DNA of 32,168 nucleotides. Origin: an uncultured Candidatus Saccharibacteria bacterium (GTDB lineage Bacteria; Patescibacteriota; WWE3; UBA101185; UBA10185). Positions 1 to 7,793 of this stretch are shown here, piece by piece. Location: assembly GCA_964530415.1 (NCBI GenBank), contig CAZHAM010000002.1, positions 1,649-33,816 of the forward strand, read 5' to 3'. Every line of letters begins with the position of its first letter. Position 1 is the first letter of the stretch. Made by a program: the position numbers and the translations under genes. The notes under the pieces were generated by a model. The model was not told the origin of the DNA. It ran no database searches and saw only the letters and a program-made list of their open reading frames with translations.

Positions 1-863
1 AGCTCAGTCTTCTCATCCTCAACCTCACGCTCGATATATTGAAGATATCTCTCGGTAGTAGAAACACGCTTGTGACCTGCAATCTTAGATAAATGCAAAA
101 GATTCACACCCATAGATAAGTGGTGAGCCACAAAAGTGTGTCTCAAGTCATTAACTTTGGCATTTTCTACACCGGCTAGGTTGAAATAGCGGTTTATGGT
201 CGATCTTATGTTTCTGACTAAAAGTGAGTTTCCTGTTTTGGTAATAAACAAATGGACAGCGTTTTCGATTTTTACTCTTTCTTCGTCAATGTATTTTCTT
301 ATTGAATCCACAACAGCTCTATTTAAAGGAATTACTCTGGTTTCTCTATTATTTTTCTTTTTTACAGTTAATTTCCCGGTTCCGTCTGTAAACTCAATAT
401 CTTCAAGTCTAATATCGGCAAGTTCTGAGATAGTAACACCTGTTTGAAGCAAGACCTCAATCATTGCGTATGATCTCAAATCATCTTTTGCAGCGTCTCT
501 GAGAGCTCTGTATTCAAGTTTTGAGAGGATTCTAGGCTCTTTTGTTGCTATTTTGGGGTGTTTTAAGAACTCAGCTGTATTTAGAGCTATGATCTCGGTA
601 TTGTGTAAAAACTTAAAAAATGTCTTTGTGGCATTTGTTTTTCTTGAGATAGATTTGGGAGTGTACTCTTCTTTAGCGAGTTTTTTCATAAAGTTTTCAA
701 GATGAGTAAGTTCTACATCTGAAACACCGGAAACACCCTCTTTTTCAAGGAAATTAATTAACTGTTCTATATCTTTACTGTAAGCAATAAGAGTAGAGGA
801 CGACTTTCCCTCACTACCTAAGTGCTTAATAAACTTAGTATGAGCTTCATTTAGTTTTATCAT
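1..863 (-). CDS. Tyrosine recombinase, XerC/XerD-like (C-terminus runs off the window edge)
   Basis: Absent from the ORF track because it is open at the edge. My reverse-strand translation from ATG (863..861) gives MIKLNEAHTKFIKHLGSEGKSSSTLIAYSKDIEQL... (SAM-like N-domain) and ...VNDLRHTFVAHHLSMGVNLLHLSKIAGHKRVSTTERYLQY (HxxR box plus GH..STT..Y catalytic Tyr box). Confidence 0.85.
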   Translation of the reverse strand, partial: MIKLNEAHTKFIKHLGSEGKSSSTLIAYSKDIEQLINFLEKEGVSGVSDVELTHLENFMKKLAKEEYTPKSISRKTNATKTFFKFLHNTEIIALNTAEFLKHPKIATKEPRILSKLEYRALRDAAKDDLRSYAMIEVLLQTGVTISELADIRLEDIEFTDGTGKLTVKKKNNRETRVIPLNRAVVDSIRKYIDEERVKIENAVHLFITKTGNSLLVRNIRSTINRYFNLAGVENAKVNDLRHTFVAHHLSMGVNLLHLSKIAGHKRVSTTERYLQYIEREVEDEKTE

Positions 864-964
864 ATGTTTTTTGTTGCAATGAAAGGGCAAAAGGGTGTTT
901 ACTTAAATTTCTAATACGGTTAATATACCACCCAATAATTCTATAGGCCATAATACCATTGGGC

Positions 965-993
965 TTGATTGATGTCAATTATTTAACTATGAT
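965..993 (+). promoter_or_regulatory. Candidate sigma70-type promoter (TTGATT-17 nt-TATGAT) directly in front of the 1000 ATG
   Basis: TTGATT at 965..970, a 17-nt spacer, TATGAT at 988..993. The ATG at 1000 lies 7 nt after the -10, which implies a leaderless or near-leaderless mRNA. Confidence 0.3.
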
Positions 994-999
994 AGCTAT

Positions 1000-1401
1000 A
1001 TGCACGGCTCCTCCCACGTAAAATATCTTATATTATCGGCACTTTTTATCTTTGCTTCGGTCAATTTTACTAGGACAACGCTTGAGATTTTAAAAAGCAG
1101 CCAGCGACTGGATGACCTAAAAGATGAGGTAAACGAGCTTGGAATCCAAAAAAGCCAGTTAAATAACGAAATCGAGTATAAACAGACCGATGATTATATC
1201 GACGAAATAGCACGAAACGATCTCAATCTTGTTAAGCCTGGAGAAAAAGTATTTGTAATTCAAGGCGATAACCTCGAGGCCGATGACTCTGGGGTAAACT
1301 CTGGCTCATCGGTATTAAGTGAGTTTGCGGATAGGTCAAAAGAGAGTAGCGATATTGCCGATTCTAACGCCTATCAATGGTATAAACTATTTTTTGACTA
1401 A
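1000..1401 (+). CDS. Septum formation initiator family protein (FtsB/DivIC-like)
   Basis: 133 aa with an N-terminal TM helix (YLILSALFIFASV), then a coiled-coil (LDDLKDEVNELGIQKSQLNNEIEY) and the DDYIDEIARNDLNLVKPGEKVF motif typical of FtsB/DivIC. Confidence 0.6.
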   Translation: MHGSSHVKYLILSALFIFASVNFTRTTLEILKSSQRLDDLKDEVNELGIQKSQLNNEIEYKQTDDYIDEIARNDLNLVKPGEKVFVIQGDNLEADDSGVNSGSSVLSEFADRSKESSDIADSNAYQWYKLFFD

Positions 1402-1465
1402 ATTCCCGTATTTTGATAGAGTAAAGTCCGCAATAGATCGCGTTTATTGTTTAATTTGCAATCGG

Positions 1466-1539
1466 CGCGGGATGGAGGAATGGCACCTCGTCAGGCTCAT
1501 AATCTGAAGGTCCCGGTTCGAATCCGGGTCCCGCAACCA
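1466..1539 (+). tRNA. tRNA-Met (anticodon CAU), possibly the initiator
   Basis: Hand-folded cloverleaf: acceptor cgcggga/tcccgca with a C1.A72 mismatch, D stem gagg/cctc, anticodon stem tcagg/tctga, loop ctCATaa, T arm cccgg-ttcgaat-ccggg, encoded CCA. The C1.A72 mismatch is the bacterial initiator hallmark, but the usual three G:C pairs of the anticodon stem are absent. Confidence 0.9.
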
Positions 1540-1558
1540 AATAATCTTTTTAAAATGA

Positions 1559-1592
1559 AAAAGTCACCCCTTTTGTTAAAGTGATGACTTTT
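1559..1592. terminator. Weak bidirectional hairpin between tRNA(+) and small gene(-)
   Basis: aaaagtca (1559..1566) pairs with tgactttt (1585..1592). T-runs follow on both strands. The stem is AT-rich and the loop is large. Confidence 0.3.
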
Positions 1593-1622
1593 GTTGATTC
1601 TCGTTTCACCTGTTTATCTGAG

Positions 1623-1844
1623 TTAAATATAATACAAATGTGCAATTTCAGCGTAGTCAACTCCTGTGGCGAAAACCGCCATCGTGCACGCCGAGTTAGT
1701 GGTGAATGTTTGGGCTTCTTCGATTGTACTTGCGTCAAATTTCCCACTTTTGCCCAGGTACAGGTTGCTTTCAAGAGACTGCGCAATCCATCCTCGTCGT
1801 TTCGTGCTGAAACCAATTTTCACTCTGTGACACAGATTTCCCAT
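1623..1844 (-). CDS. Small hypothetical protein (73 aa) with a strong Shine-Dalgarno site
   Basis: The minus strand reads AAGGAGGctaaaATG (perfect SD, 5-nt spacer). It is the only one of three overlapping ORFs here with a ribosome-binding site. I recognise no family. Confidence 0.5.
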   Translation of the reverse strand: MGNLCHRVKIGFSTKRRGWIAQSLESNLYLGKSGKFDASTIEEAQTFTTNSACTMAVFATGVDYAEIAHLYYI

Positions 1845-1949
1845 TTTAGCCTCCTTTCTTGTAAAGCTTATTCCAATCAGAATATTTGGAGTATATCACG
1901 TCAAAATCTTTTGATATAATGCATAGTGCTTTAGAATAAGCCAAACTTT

Positions 1950-2019
1950 GTGCCAATAGTGCAACTAACGTTGCGCATTGTCACTTCGTGCCAATGTCGA
2001 TACTTCGTATCGCATTGTC
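1950..2019 (+). repeat. Two tandem stem-loop units mimicking the acceptor stem of the downstream tRNA
   Basis: Unit A is 1950..1982 (gtgccaatag-tgcaac-taac-gttgcg-cattgtc). Unit B is 1988..2019 (gtgccaatgt-cgatac-ttc-gtatcg-cattgtc). Both start with GCCAAT(G) and end with CATTG, the same sequence as the tRNA acceptor arms gccaatg/cattggc at 2031 and 2096. Confidence 0.55.
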
Positions 2020-2030
2020 TTGTTACACAA

Positions 2031-2106
2031 GCCAATGTAGCTCAGTGGTTAGAGCGGGCGTTTCATAAGCGCTAGGTCGGCGGTTCGACTCCGCCCATTG
2101 GCACCA
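2031..2106 (+). tRNA. tRNA with CAU anticodon (elongator Met, or Ile2 if lysidine-modified)
   Basis: Acceptor gccaatg/cattggc, D arm gctcagtggttagagc, anticodon loop ttCATaa, T arm ggcgg-ttcgact-ccgcc, encoded CCA. Confidence 0.9.
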
Positions 2107-2166
2107 AAAATAGCTAAATAATCATAAATACTCAGCTTTTTCGGCTATTTGTGCTAAATTAACTGT

Positions 2167-3183
2167 ATGACAGACAAAGTTTCAAAAAAACGAATATTAA
2201 CAGGCGACAACCCTACGGGTAAGCTTCATTTAGGCCACTATGTTGGTTCACTGGAGAATAGGGTAAAACTTCAAAACGAATACGAAACGTTTATTTTAGT
2301 CGCCGATATGCACGCGTTTGCTTATCCAAAATATGTTAACGATCCACAAGCTATTTCTGATTCAATTATCGAAGTTACGATAGATAATTTAGCAGTTGGA
2401 TTAGATCCTAAAAACGTCACTTTTTTTAACGAGTCGGCCATTCCTGAAATTTATGAATTGGGAATTATTTTTAGTATGTTAGTAAGCCATAATTTAGCAC
2501 TTCGAAATCCCACAATAAAAGAAGAAATAAGAGATAAAGGATTAGGCGATAATTACTCCTTAGGTTTTATAAATTATCCGATACTTCAGGCTGCAGATAT
2601 TTTATGTGTCAAAGCTGATGCTGTTCCCGTCGGAGAAGATCAGGAGCCCCATTTGGAATTAACCCGCGAAATAGTTCGAAAATTTAATTCATATTATGGA
2701 GAAGTTTTTGCCGAACCAAAATCAGTTGTAAGTAAAGTAAGACGATTGATTGGAACAGACGGCGGTTCGAAAATGACTAAATCATTGGGCAACACAATAT
2801 TTTTAGGCGAAAGCGAAGCTGAATTAAAATCTAAAGTTATGAAAATGTACACTGATCCAAGTAGAGTTCACGCAACAGATCCCGGAAAAGTTGAGGGCAA
2901 TCCTGTTTTTATTTACCACGATACTTTTAATCCTAACAAAGAGGAAGTCGAAGATTTGAAAGCAAGATACCTTGAAGGAAAAGTCGGAGATATTGAAGTG
3001 AAAGAGAAACTTTTTGTTTGCTTAAACAATTTTATAGAACCCATACGTGAAAAAAGAAATTACTACGAAAATAATAAAGACGAGGTTAAAAGCTTGTTGT
3101 CACAAGGAAACAAACGTGTTCGAGCAATCGCTTCTCAGGTTTTAGAAGAGGCAAAAGACAAGATGAAGCTCTCAGGTTTTTAA
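2167..3183 (+). CDS. trpS: Tryptophan--tRNA ligase
   Basis: 338 aa class I aaRS. It has GDNPTGKLHLGHYVGSL (HIGH-type motif in the TrpRS context) and a KMTKS (KMSKS) loop, and its size is typical of TrpRS. Confidence 0.9.
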   Translation: MTDKVSKKRILTGDNPTGKLHLGHYVGSLENRVKLQNEYETFILVADMHAFAYPKYVNDPQAISDSIIEVTIDNLAVGLDPKNVTFFNESAIPEIYELGIIFSMLVSHNLALRNPTIKEEIRDKGLGDNYSLGFINYPILQAADILCVKADAVPVGEDQEPHLELTREIVRKFNSYYGEVFAEPKSVVSKVRRLIGTDGGSKMTKSLGNTIFLGESEAELKSKVMKMYTDPSRVHATDPGKVEGNPVFIYHDTFNPNKEEVEDLKARYLEGKVGDIEVKEKLFVCLNNFIEPIREKRNYYENNKDEVKSLLSQGNKRVRAIASQVLEEAKDKMKLSGF

Positions 3184-3207
3184 TGTATAATTCACCGGTT
3201 ATAAGCT

Positions 3208-5100
3208 ATGGCAGAAAATAAACCTATAAAAAAGAATAATAAACCCAATTCTCGTGATGAGAACGAGGACAGATTAATTGACGAATTGGCTAGGTCAGTT
3301 AAGAAAATAAATAAACCGGCTAATCCTTTAAACAATATATTTTTTTACCTGATACTGTTTTTTACACTTTTCGTTTTGTACTCCTCATTTAGTGCAATTG
3401 ATCCGGGCAAAAAAGAAATTTCAATAAGTGAAGTCGTCAATTTAATTAATACCGAACAAGTTCAGGATATTGTTGTTGCCGGAGATAAAATTGAGGTTTT
3501 GTTAGTTGACGGCGCAAAAAACTTTTCTGAAAAAGAAACCGGAATAAGTTTTGACGAGATTTTATCAAATAACAATGTAGACCGTTCTAAGATTAAAGGT
3601 CAGGTTACAGTTGAGCATCGATTAACTTTTGATCAGATTATAATGCCGATTTTAATGTTTGGACTTCCGATACTTATTTTATTTGTAATCATGAGACAAA
3701 TGAGAGGCGCCGGGAGCGATATTTTATCTTTTGGAAGATCAAAAGCCAAACTTTTTATGAAAGGGACTCAAAAAATTACTTTCGATGATGTTGCCGGAAA
3801 CAATGAAGCAAAGACAGAAATGATGGAGATTGTAGATTTTTTGAAACATCCGCAAAAATATAGAAAACTTGGAGCGAGAATTCCTAAAGGTGTTTTGCTT
3901 GTAGGACCATCGGGTGTTGGTAAAACATTATTAGCTAAAGCAATTGCGGGCGAAGCTGGAGTTCCGTTTTTTAGTGCAGCCGGAAGCGAATTTATGGAGA
4001 TGCTTGTTGGTGTCGGTTCCTCAAGAGTGAGGGATTTATTTAGAATGGCAAGAGAAGGTCAGCCAAGCTTAATCTTTATAGACGAGATTGATGCAATCGG
4101 CAGGCAAAGAGGCATGGGCATAGGCGGAGGTCACGATGAAAGAGAGCAGACACTCAATCAAATATTAATTGAAATGGACGGTTTTGATGCCAGATCAAAT
4201 GTAATTGTATTGGCCGCTACCAATAGACCCGATATGTTGGATCCCGCGCTTATTAGGCCGGGAAGATTCGACAGAAGAATATCGATTCCTTTGCCGGATT
4301 TAAATGACCGCGAAGAAATAATAAAGATTCATATGAGGGGGAAAGTAGTTGATGAAGATATTAAACTCGACTCAATTGCCCGAAAATCGGTTGGCTTTAG
4401 TGGTGCTGATATTGAAAATATGTTAAACGAAGCAGCTATATTAGCAGCAAGATCAAATAAAGACAAAATTGACCAAAGAGATATTGAAGAAGCCTCGTTA
4501 AAAGTAACAATGGGATCAGAGAGAAAAACTTTACAGACCGAAGAAGAAAGAAGAATGACAGCTTATCACGAGGCCGGGCACGCTTTAGTTTCATCGAACG
4601 TTCCTGATATGGATCCGGTAAACCGAGTTTCTATTGTAGCTCGAGGCGCATCGTTAGGACATACATCTTTTCCACCTGAGCGAGACCGATATAACGAAAC
4701 AAAGACCCGACTAATTTCAATTATCACCACTATGCTCGGCGGACGTGCTGCCGAAGAAGTTGTATATAACGAATTAACAATTGGTGCTGCCGATGACATT
4801 GATAAAGCAACCAAGCTTGCCCGAAAAATGGTAACCGAGTTTGGAATGAGCGCATTAGGTCCAATTTCTTTTGAAGGTAACGAAGGCGGTTTTTGGCTTG
4901 CCCGGGAATTTAATGACGGTCCAAAATACAGCGAGGAAGTCGCAGCTAAAATTGATCAGGAAGTTAATTTATTAATGACAGCTGCATTTGCTGAAGCAAA
5001 AAAGATTTTGAGCGAGAAGCGCGCAACACTGGATGTAATTGCACAAAGATTACTCGAAAAAGAAACAATAGATAACGAAGAATACAAATCGTTGTTATAG
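3208..5100 (+). CDS. ftsH: ATP-dependent zinc metalloprotease FtsH
   Basis: Two TM helices, AAA+ Walker A GPSGVGKTLLAKA, Walker B IIFIDEIDA, second region of homology, and the HEAGHA zinc site. Confidence 0.95.
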   Translation: MAENKPIKKNNKPNSRDENEDRLIDELARSVKKINKPANPLNNIFFYLILFFTLFVLYSSFSAIDPGKKEISISEVVNLINTEQVQDIVVAGDKIEVLLVDGAKNFSEKETGISFDEILSNNNVDRSKIKGQVTVEHRLTFDQIIMPILMFGLPILILFVIMRQMRGAGSDILSFGRSKAKLFMKGTQKITFDDVAGNNEAKTEMMEIVDFLKHPQKYRKLGARIPKGVLLVGPSGVGKTLLAKAIAGEAGVPFFSAAGSEFMEMLVGVGSSRVRDLFRMAREGQPSLIFIDEIDAIGRQRGMGIGGGHDEREQTLNQILIEMDGFDARSNVIVLAATNRPDMLDPALIRPGRFDRRISIPLPDLNDREEIIKIHMRGKVVDEDIKLDSIARKSVGFSGADIENMLNEAAILAARSNKDKIDQRDIEEASLKVTMGSERKTLQTEEERRMTAYHEAGHALVSSNVPDMDPVNRVSIVARGASLGHTSFPPERDRYNETKTRLISIITTMLGGRAAEEVVYNELTIGAADDIDKATKLARKMVTEFGMSALGPISFEGNEGGFWLAREFNDGPKYSEEVAAKIDQEVNLLMTAAFAEAKKILSEKRATLDVIAQRLLEKETIDNEEYKSLL

Positions 5101-5160
5101 TTTTATTGCTGGTACTATTTGGGTATCTGTTCCGGCAATTAGTAGCATATAATGTAAACA

Positions 5161-6084
5161 ATGAAAAAACTCCTTTTAATCGACACATTTAATTTTTTGC
5201 ACCGAGCATATCACGCACTTCCCCTATCATTTAGAGATGAAAATGGCGAGCCCACAAACGCAGTTTACGGCGTGACTTCGATGTTGATAAATACTTTTGA
5301 TTTTATTAAACCGGATTATGTTCTGGCAGCTTTAGACGGAATGGAACCGACATTTAGATCAGAGGAATTTACAGGTTACAAGGCGCATAGAAAACCTATG
5401 GAAGATGACCTTTCGTCACAAATCCCAAAGGTTATAGAAATATTAGGGGCATTTGGAATTAAGACGGTTGTTGTGAACGGTTACGAAGCTGATGATATTA
5501 TCGGGACAATGGTTGCGCGGTTTTCTGATGAGTGTGAGGTTATTATCGTTTCTAACGACAGGGATATGTGGCAGTTGGTAAAGGATAACGTTATGTACAT
5601 GGTTCCCGCGAACGGCAAAAAAACTGCAGACTGGATGGGCAAGCGCGAAGTTGCCGCCCGACTTGGATTTGATCCGTCTCTACTTCCGGATTACAAAGGT
5701 TTAAGAGGCGATCCGAGTGATAATATTCCCGGCGTATACGGAATCGGAGAAAAAACTGCTAAAGACTTAATTGCCAAATTCGGGGCTATAGAAGACATAT
5801 ATAAAAATATTGATAAAGTAGAGCCGGCATCTCTTAAAGAAAAACTTTTAAACAATTACGAAATAGCACTTCAAAGTAAACAATTGGGAAAAATTATTAC
5901 TGAGGTTCCTTTTCAAGTAGAAATTTCCGAATGCAAGTATAATGTGATAAACAAAATTCAAGTTGGGGAAGTATTAAAAAAATATAATTTCAAATCTTTA
6001 ATAAGAAGACTTGGTCTGGAACCTGAAACCGGTGAAAAAAAGAAATCAAATGATGTTGCACCGGATCAGCTCGGATTATTTTAA
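5161..6084 (+). CDS. Stand-alone 5'-3' exonuclease / flap endonuclease (Pol I N-terminal-domain family)
   Basis: LLIDTFNFLHRAYHA, YEADDIIGT and GDPSDNIPGVYGIGEKTA (H3TH) motifs. No polymerase domain is attached. Confidence 0.85.
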   Translation: MKKLLLIDTFNFLHRAYHALPLSFRDENGEPTNAVYGVTSMLINTFDFIKPDYVLAALDGMEPTFRSEEFTGYKAHRKPMEDDLSSQIPKVIEILGAFGIKTVVVNGYEADDIIGTMVARFSDECEVIIVSNDRDMWQLVKDNVMYMVPANGKKTADWMGKREVAARLGFDPSLLPDYKGLRGDPSDNIPGVYGIGEKTAKDLIAKFGAIEDIYKNIDKVEPASLKEKLLNNYEIALQSKQLGKIITEVPFQVEISECKYNVINKIQVGEVLKKYNFKSLIRRLGLEPETGEKKKSNDVAPDQLGLF

Positions 6085-6089
6085 AAAAT

Positions 6090-6722
6090 ATGACTAATTC
6101 ACATGCAGAACAAATAGCAGTTTTATTAAAACAAGAACATCCTTCGCCGAAAACTGAGTTAATTCACAAAAATGAATACGAGCTTGCAGTTGCAGTAATG
6201 CTGTCTGCTCAAACTACTGATAAAAAAGTTAATCAAATAACTGAAAACTTGTTTAAAAAATATAAAACTTGGGCGGATCTGGCAAACGCAAACTTAACCG
6301 AGCTGCAAAAAGATATTCACGGTGTAAATTTTCACTTAGGCAAAGCCGAGAGATTAATTAAAGCAGGAGAGTTAGTTACAGCAAAGTTTAACAGCCAACT
6401 TCCTTCCACTCTTATCGAATTAATTACAATTCCGGGAATTGCCCGCAAAACAGCAAATGTAATTTTGCAGGAAGTTTGGGATATTGCAGAGGGAATTGTG
6501 GTCGACACTCACGTTACTCGTGTTTCAAATAGACTTGGATTGACTAAAAATACAGACGCGGTAAAAATCGAAAAAGAGTTAATGGAACAGATTCCGCAAG
6601 AATACTGGCGCAACTTTTCGGGAGCGTTGGTTTTGCACGGAAGATATGTTTGTACTGCTAAAAAGCCAAAATGTGAGGAATGTATCTTAAATAAAATCTG
6701 CCCGAGTGCCTTTAAAGTTTAA
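6090..6722 (+). CDS. nth: Endonuclease III
   Basis: HhH-GPD fold (IPGIARKTANVIL, VDTHV) with a C-terminal 4Fe-4S cluster loop CTAKKPKCEECILNKIC. Confidence 0.9.
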   Translation: MTNSHAEQIAVLLKQEHPSPKTELIHKNEYELAVAVMLSAQTTDKKVNQITENLFKKYKTWADLANANLTELQKDIHGVNFHLGKAERLIKAGELVTAKFNSQLPSTLIELITIPGIARKTANVILQEVWDIAEGIVVDTHVTRVSNRLGLTKNTDAVKIEKELMEQIPQEYWRNFSGALVLHGRYVCTAKKPKCEECILNKICPSAFKV

Positions 6723-7789
6723 TTGTAATTATTTGGTGTGCTTTTTCGTTCCAGTACCATTATTTTTCCAAAATCAGCTGTAGTTTCTTCCTCATAAGTA
6801 AACAAATATGGTTTTGTCATCTTAAGTTCAAAAGCTGCCCCGACTTGTATTTCGACAGGATTTGTTAATTCGTCATAACTCTTTGACAGCTGTTTGATTT
6901 TTATAGCTCTTCCAGAACTATTTATAAATTTAACTATTGTATCCTGAGCAACTGTAGTTGAATCCGGTGAAAACCCTGTGTCGGTATAAGTGATTTCTTT
7001 TATTTGAGGAACTTCAGGTGTTACCGGTGCAGGAGGTGTTTCTATTGCTCCGGAATCATCGATTGGTTGAGGTTGTGTTTCTCCGACCTCCCCATTTATT
7101 CCCGATTCGTTAACATTTTTATTTGTGTACTTACCGATTTCATCTAAGATCAATGTTTCAAACTCGGCTAAATTTTGAAAGTTCATCAAAGTTCCGTTTA
7201 AAATAAAGCTTGGGGTAGAGTTAATCTTAAGTTCCAGTCCTAATTTTGTATCATCGTTGACTCTTTGTTTGAGATCATTGTTTTTAATATCTTTTTCAAA
7301 TTTTGCCATATCGAGCCCAAGTTCCTGCGCATATCTTATTAAATCTTCGTCAGAAAGTGCGGATTGATTTGCAAATAACTTATCGCCGTATTCAAAAAAC
7401 TTTCCCTGCTCTCCGGCAGCTACAGCCGCAACCGCCGAGCTAACCGAGTTTAAATGTTGTGGTAGAGGAAAGTGTCGGTAACCAAACTTTATATCATTTC
7501 TATTATCTTCAACTATTCTTTGTACGATTGGGCTAAACGAAGCACACGCTGGGCATTCAAAATCACTAAACTCAACAAGTGTTACTTTTGCATCGGGGTT
7601 TCCTAAAGTGGGTGTATAGTCTGAAAAAAGTTTAGTTTCGTCAACTTTAACAAGATAAGGTTTGTCAGGCTGACTTCGTGATGCCAAAACTATTATTCCA
7701 ATAAAGGTTACAAGCGTAATACCCCCTATAACAAAAATCGGTATGTTTCTTTTAACAAACTCTTTCATAGATATATGTGATGATACCAC
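6719..7789 (-). CDS. Membrane-anchored DsbA-family thiol:disulfide oxidoreductase with a C-terminal cupredoxin-like extension
   Basis: N-terminal TM helix and a thioredoxin-fold CxxC (FSDFECPACASF). After a Pro-rich linker comes a ~95-aa beta-rich domain (ITYTDTGFSPDSTTVAQDTIVKFINSS...). The true start may be the internal MKEF (7768). Confidence 0.75.
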   Translation of the reverse strand: MVSSHISMKEFVKRNIPIFVIGGITLVTFIGIIVLASRSQPDKPYLVKVDETKLFSDYTPTLGNPDAKVTLVEFSDFECPACASFSPIVQRIVEDNRNDIKFGYRHFPLPQHLNSVSSAVAAVAAGEQGKFFEYGDKLFANQSALSDEDLIRYAQELGLDMAKFEKDIKNNDLKQRVNDDTKLGLELKINSTPSFILNGTLMNFQNLAEFETLILDEIGKYTNKNVNESGINGEVGETQPQPIDDSGAIETPPAPVTPEVPQIKEITYTDTGFSPDSTTVAQDTIVKFINSSGRAIKIKQLSKSYDELTNPVEIQVGAAFELKMTKPYLFTYEEETTADFGKIMVLERKSTPNNYN

Positions 7790-7793
7790 AGTA

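Noticed and set aside
196-447. The tracked 83-aa plus-strand ORF
   Set aside because: It lies wholly antisense inside the well-supported recombinase gene and has a low-complexity hydrophobic sequence.
1550-1919. The ORFs 1550..1816 (-) and 1581..1919 (+)
   Set aside because: They overlap the SD-led 1623..1844 ORF, neither has an RBS, and one runs through the terminator-like hairpin. Only one gene fits here.
1-2106. The left end as an integrated prophage or genomic island
   Set aside because: Only a Xer-type recombinase, tRNAs and one small ORF are present. There are no phage structural, replication or att-duplication evidence beyond the short acceptor-stem-like repeats. The recombinase may simply be the chromosomal Xer.
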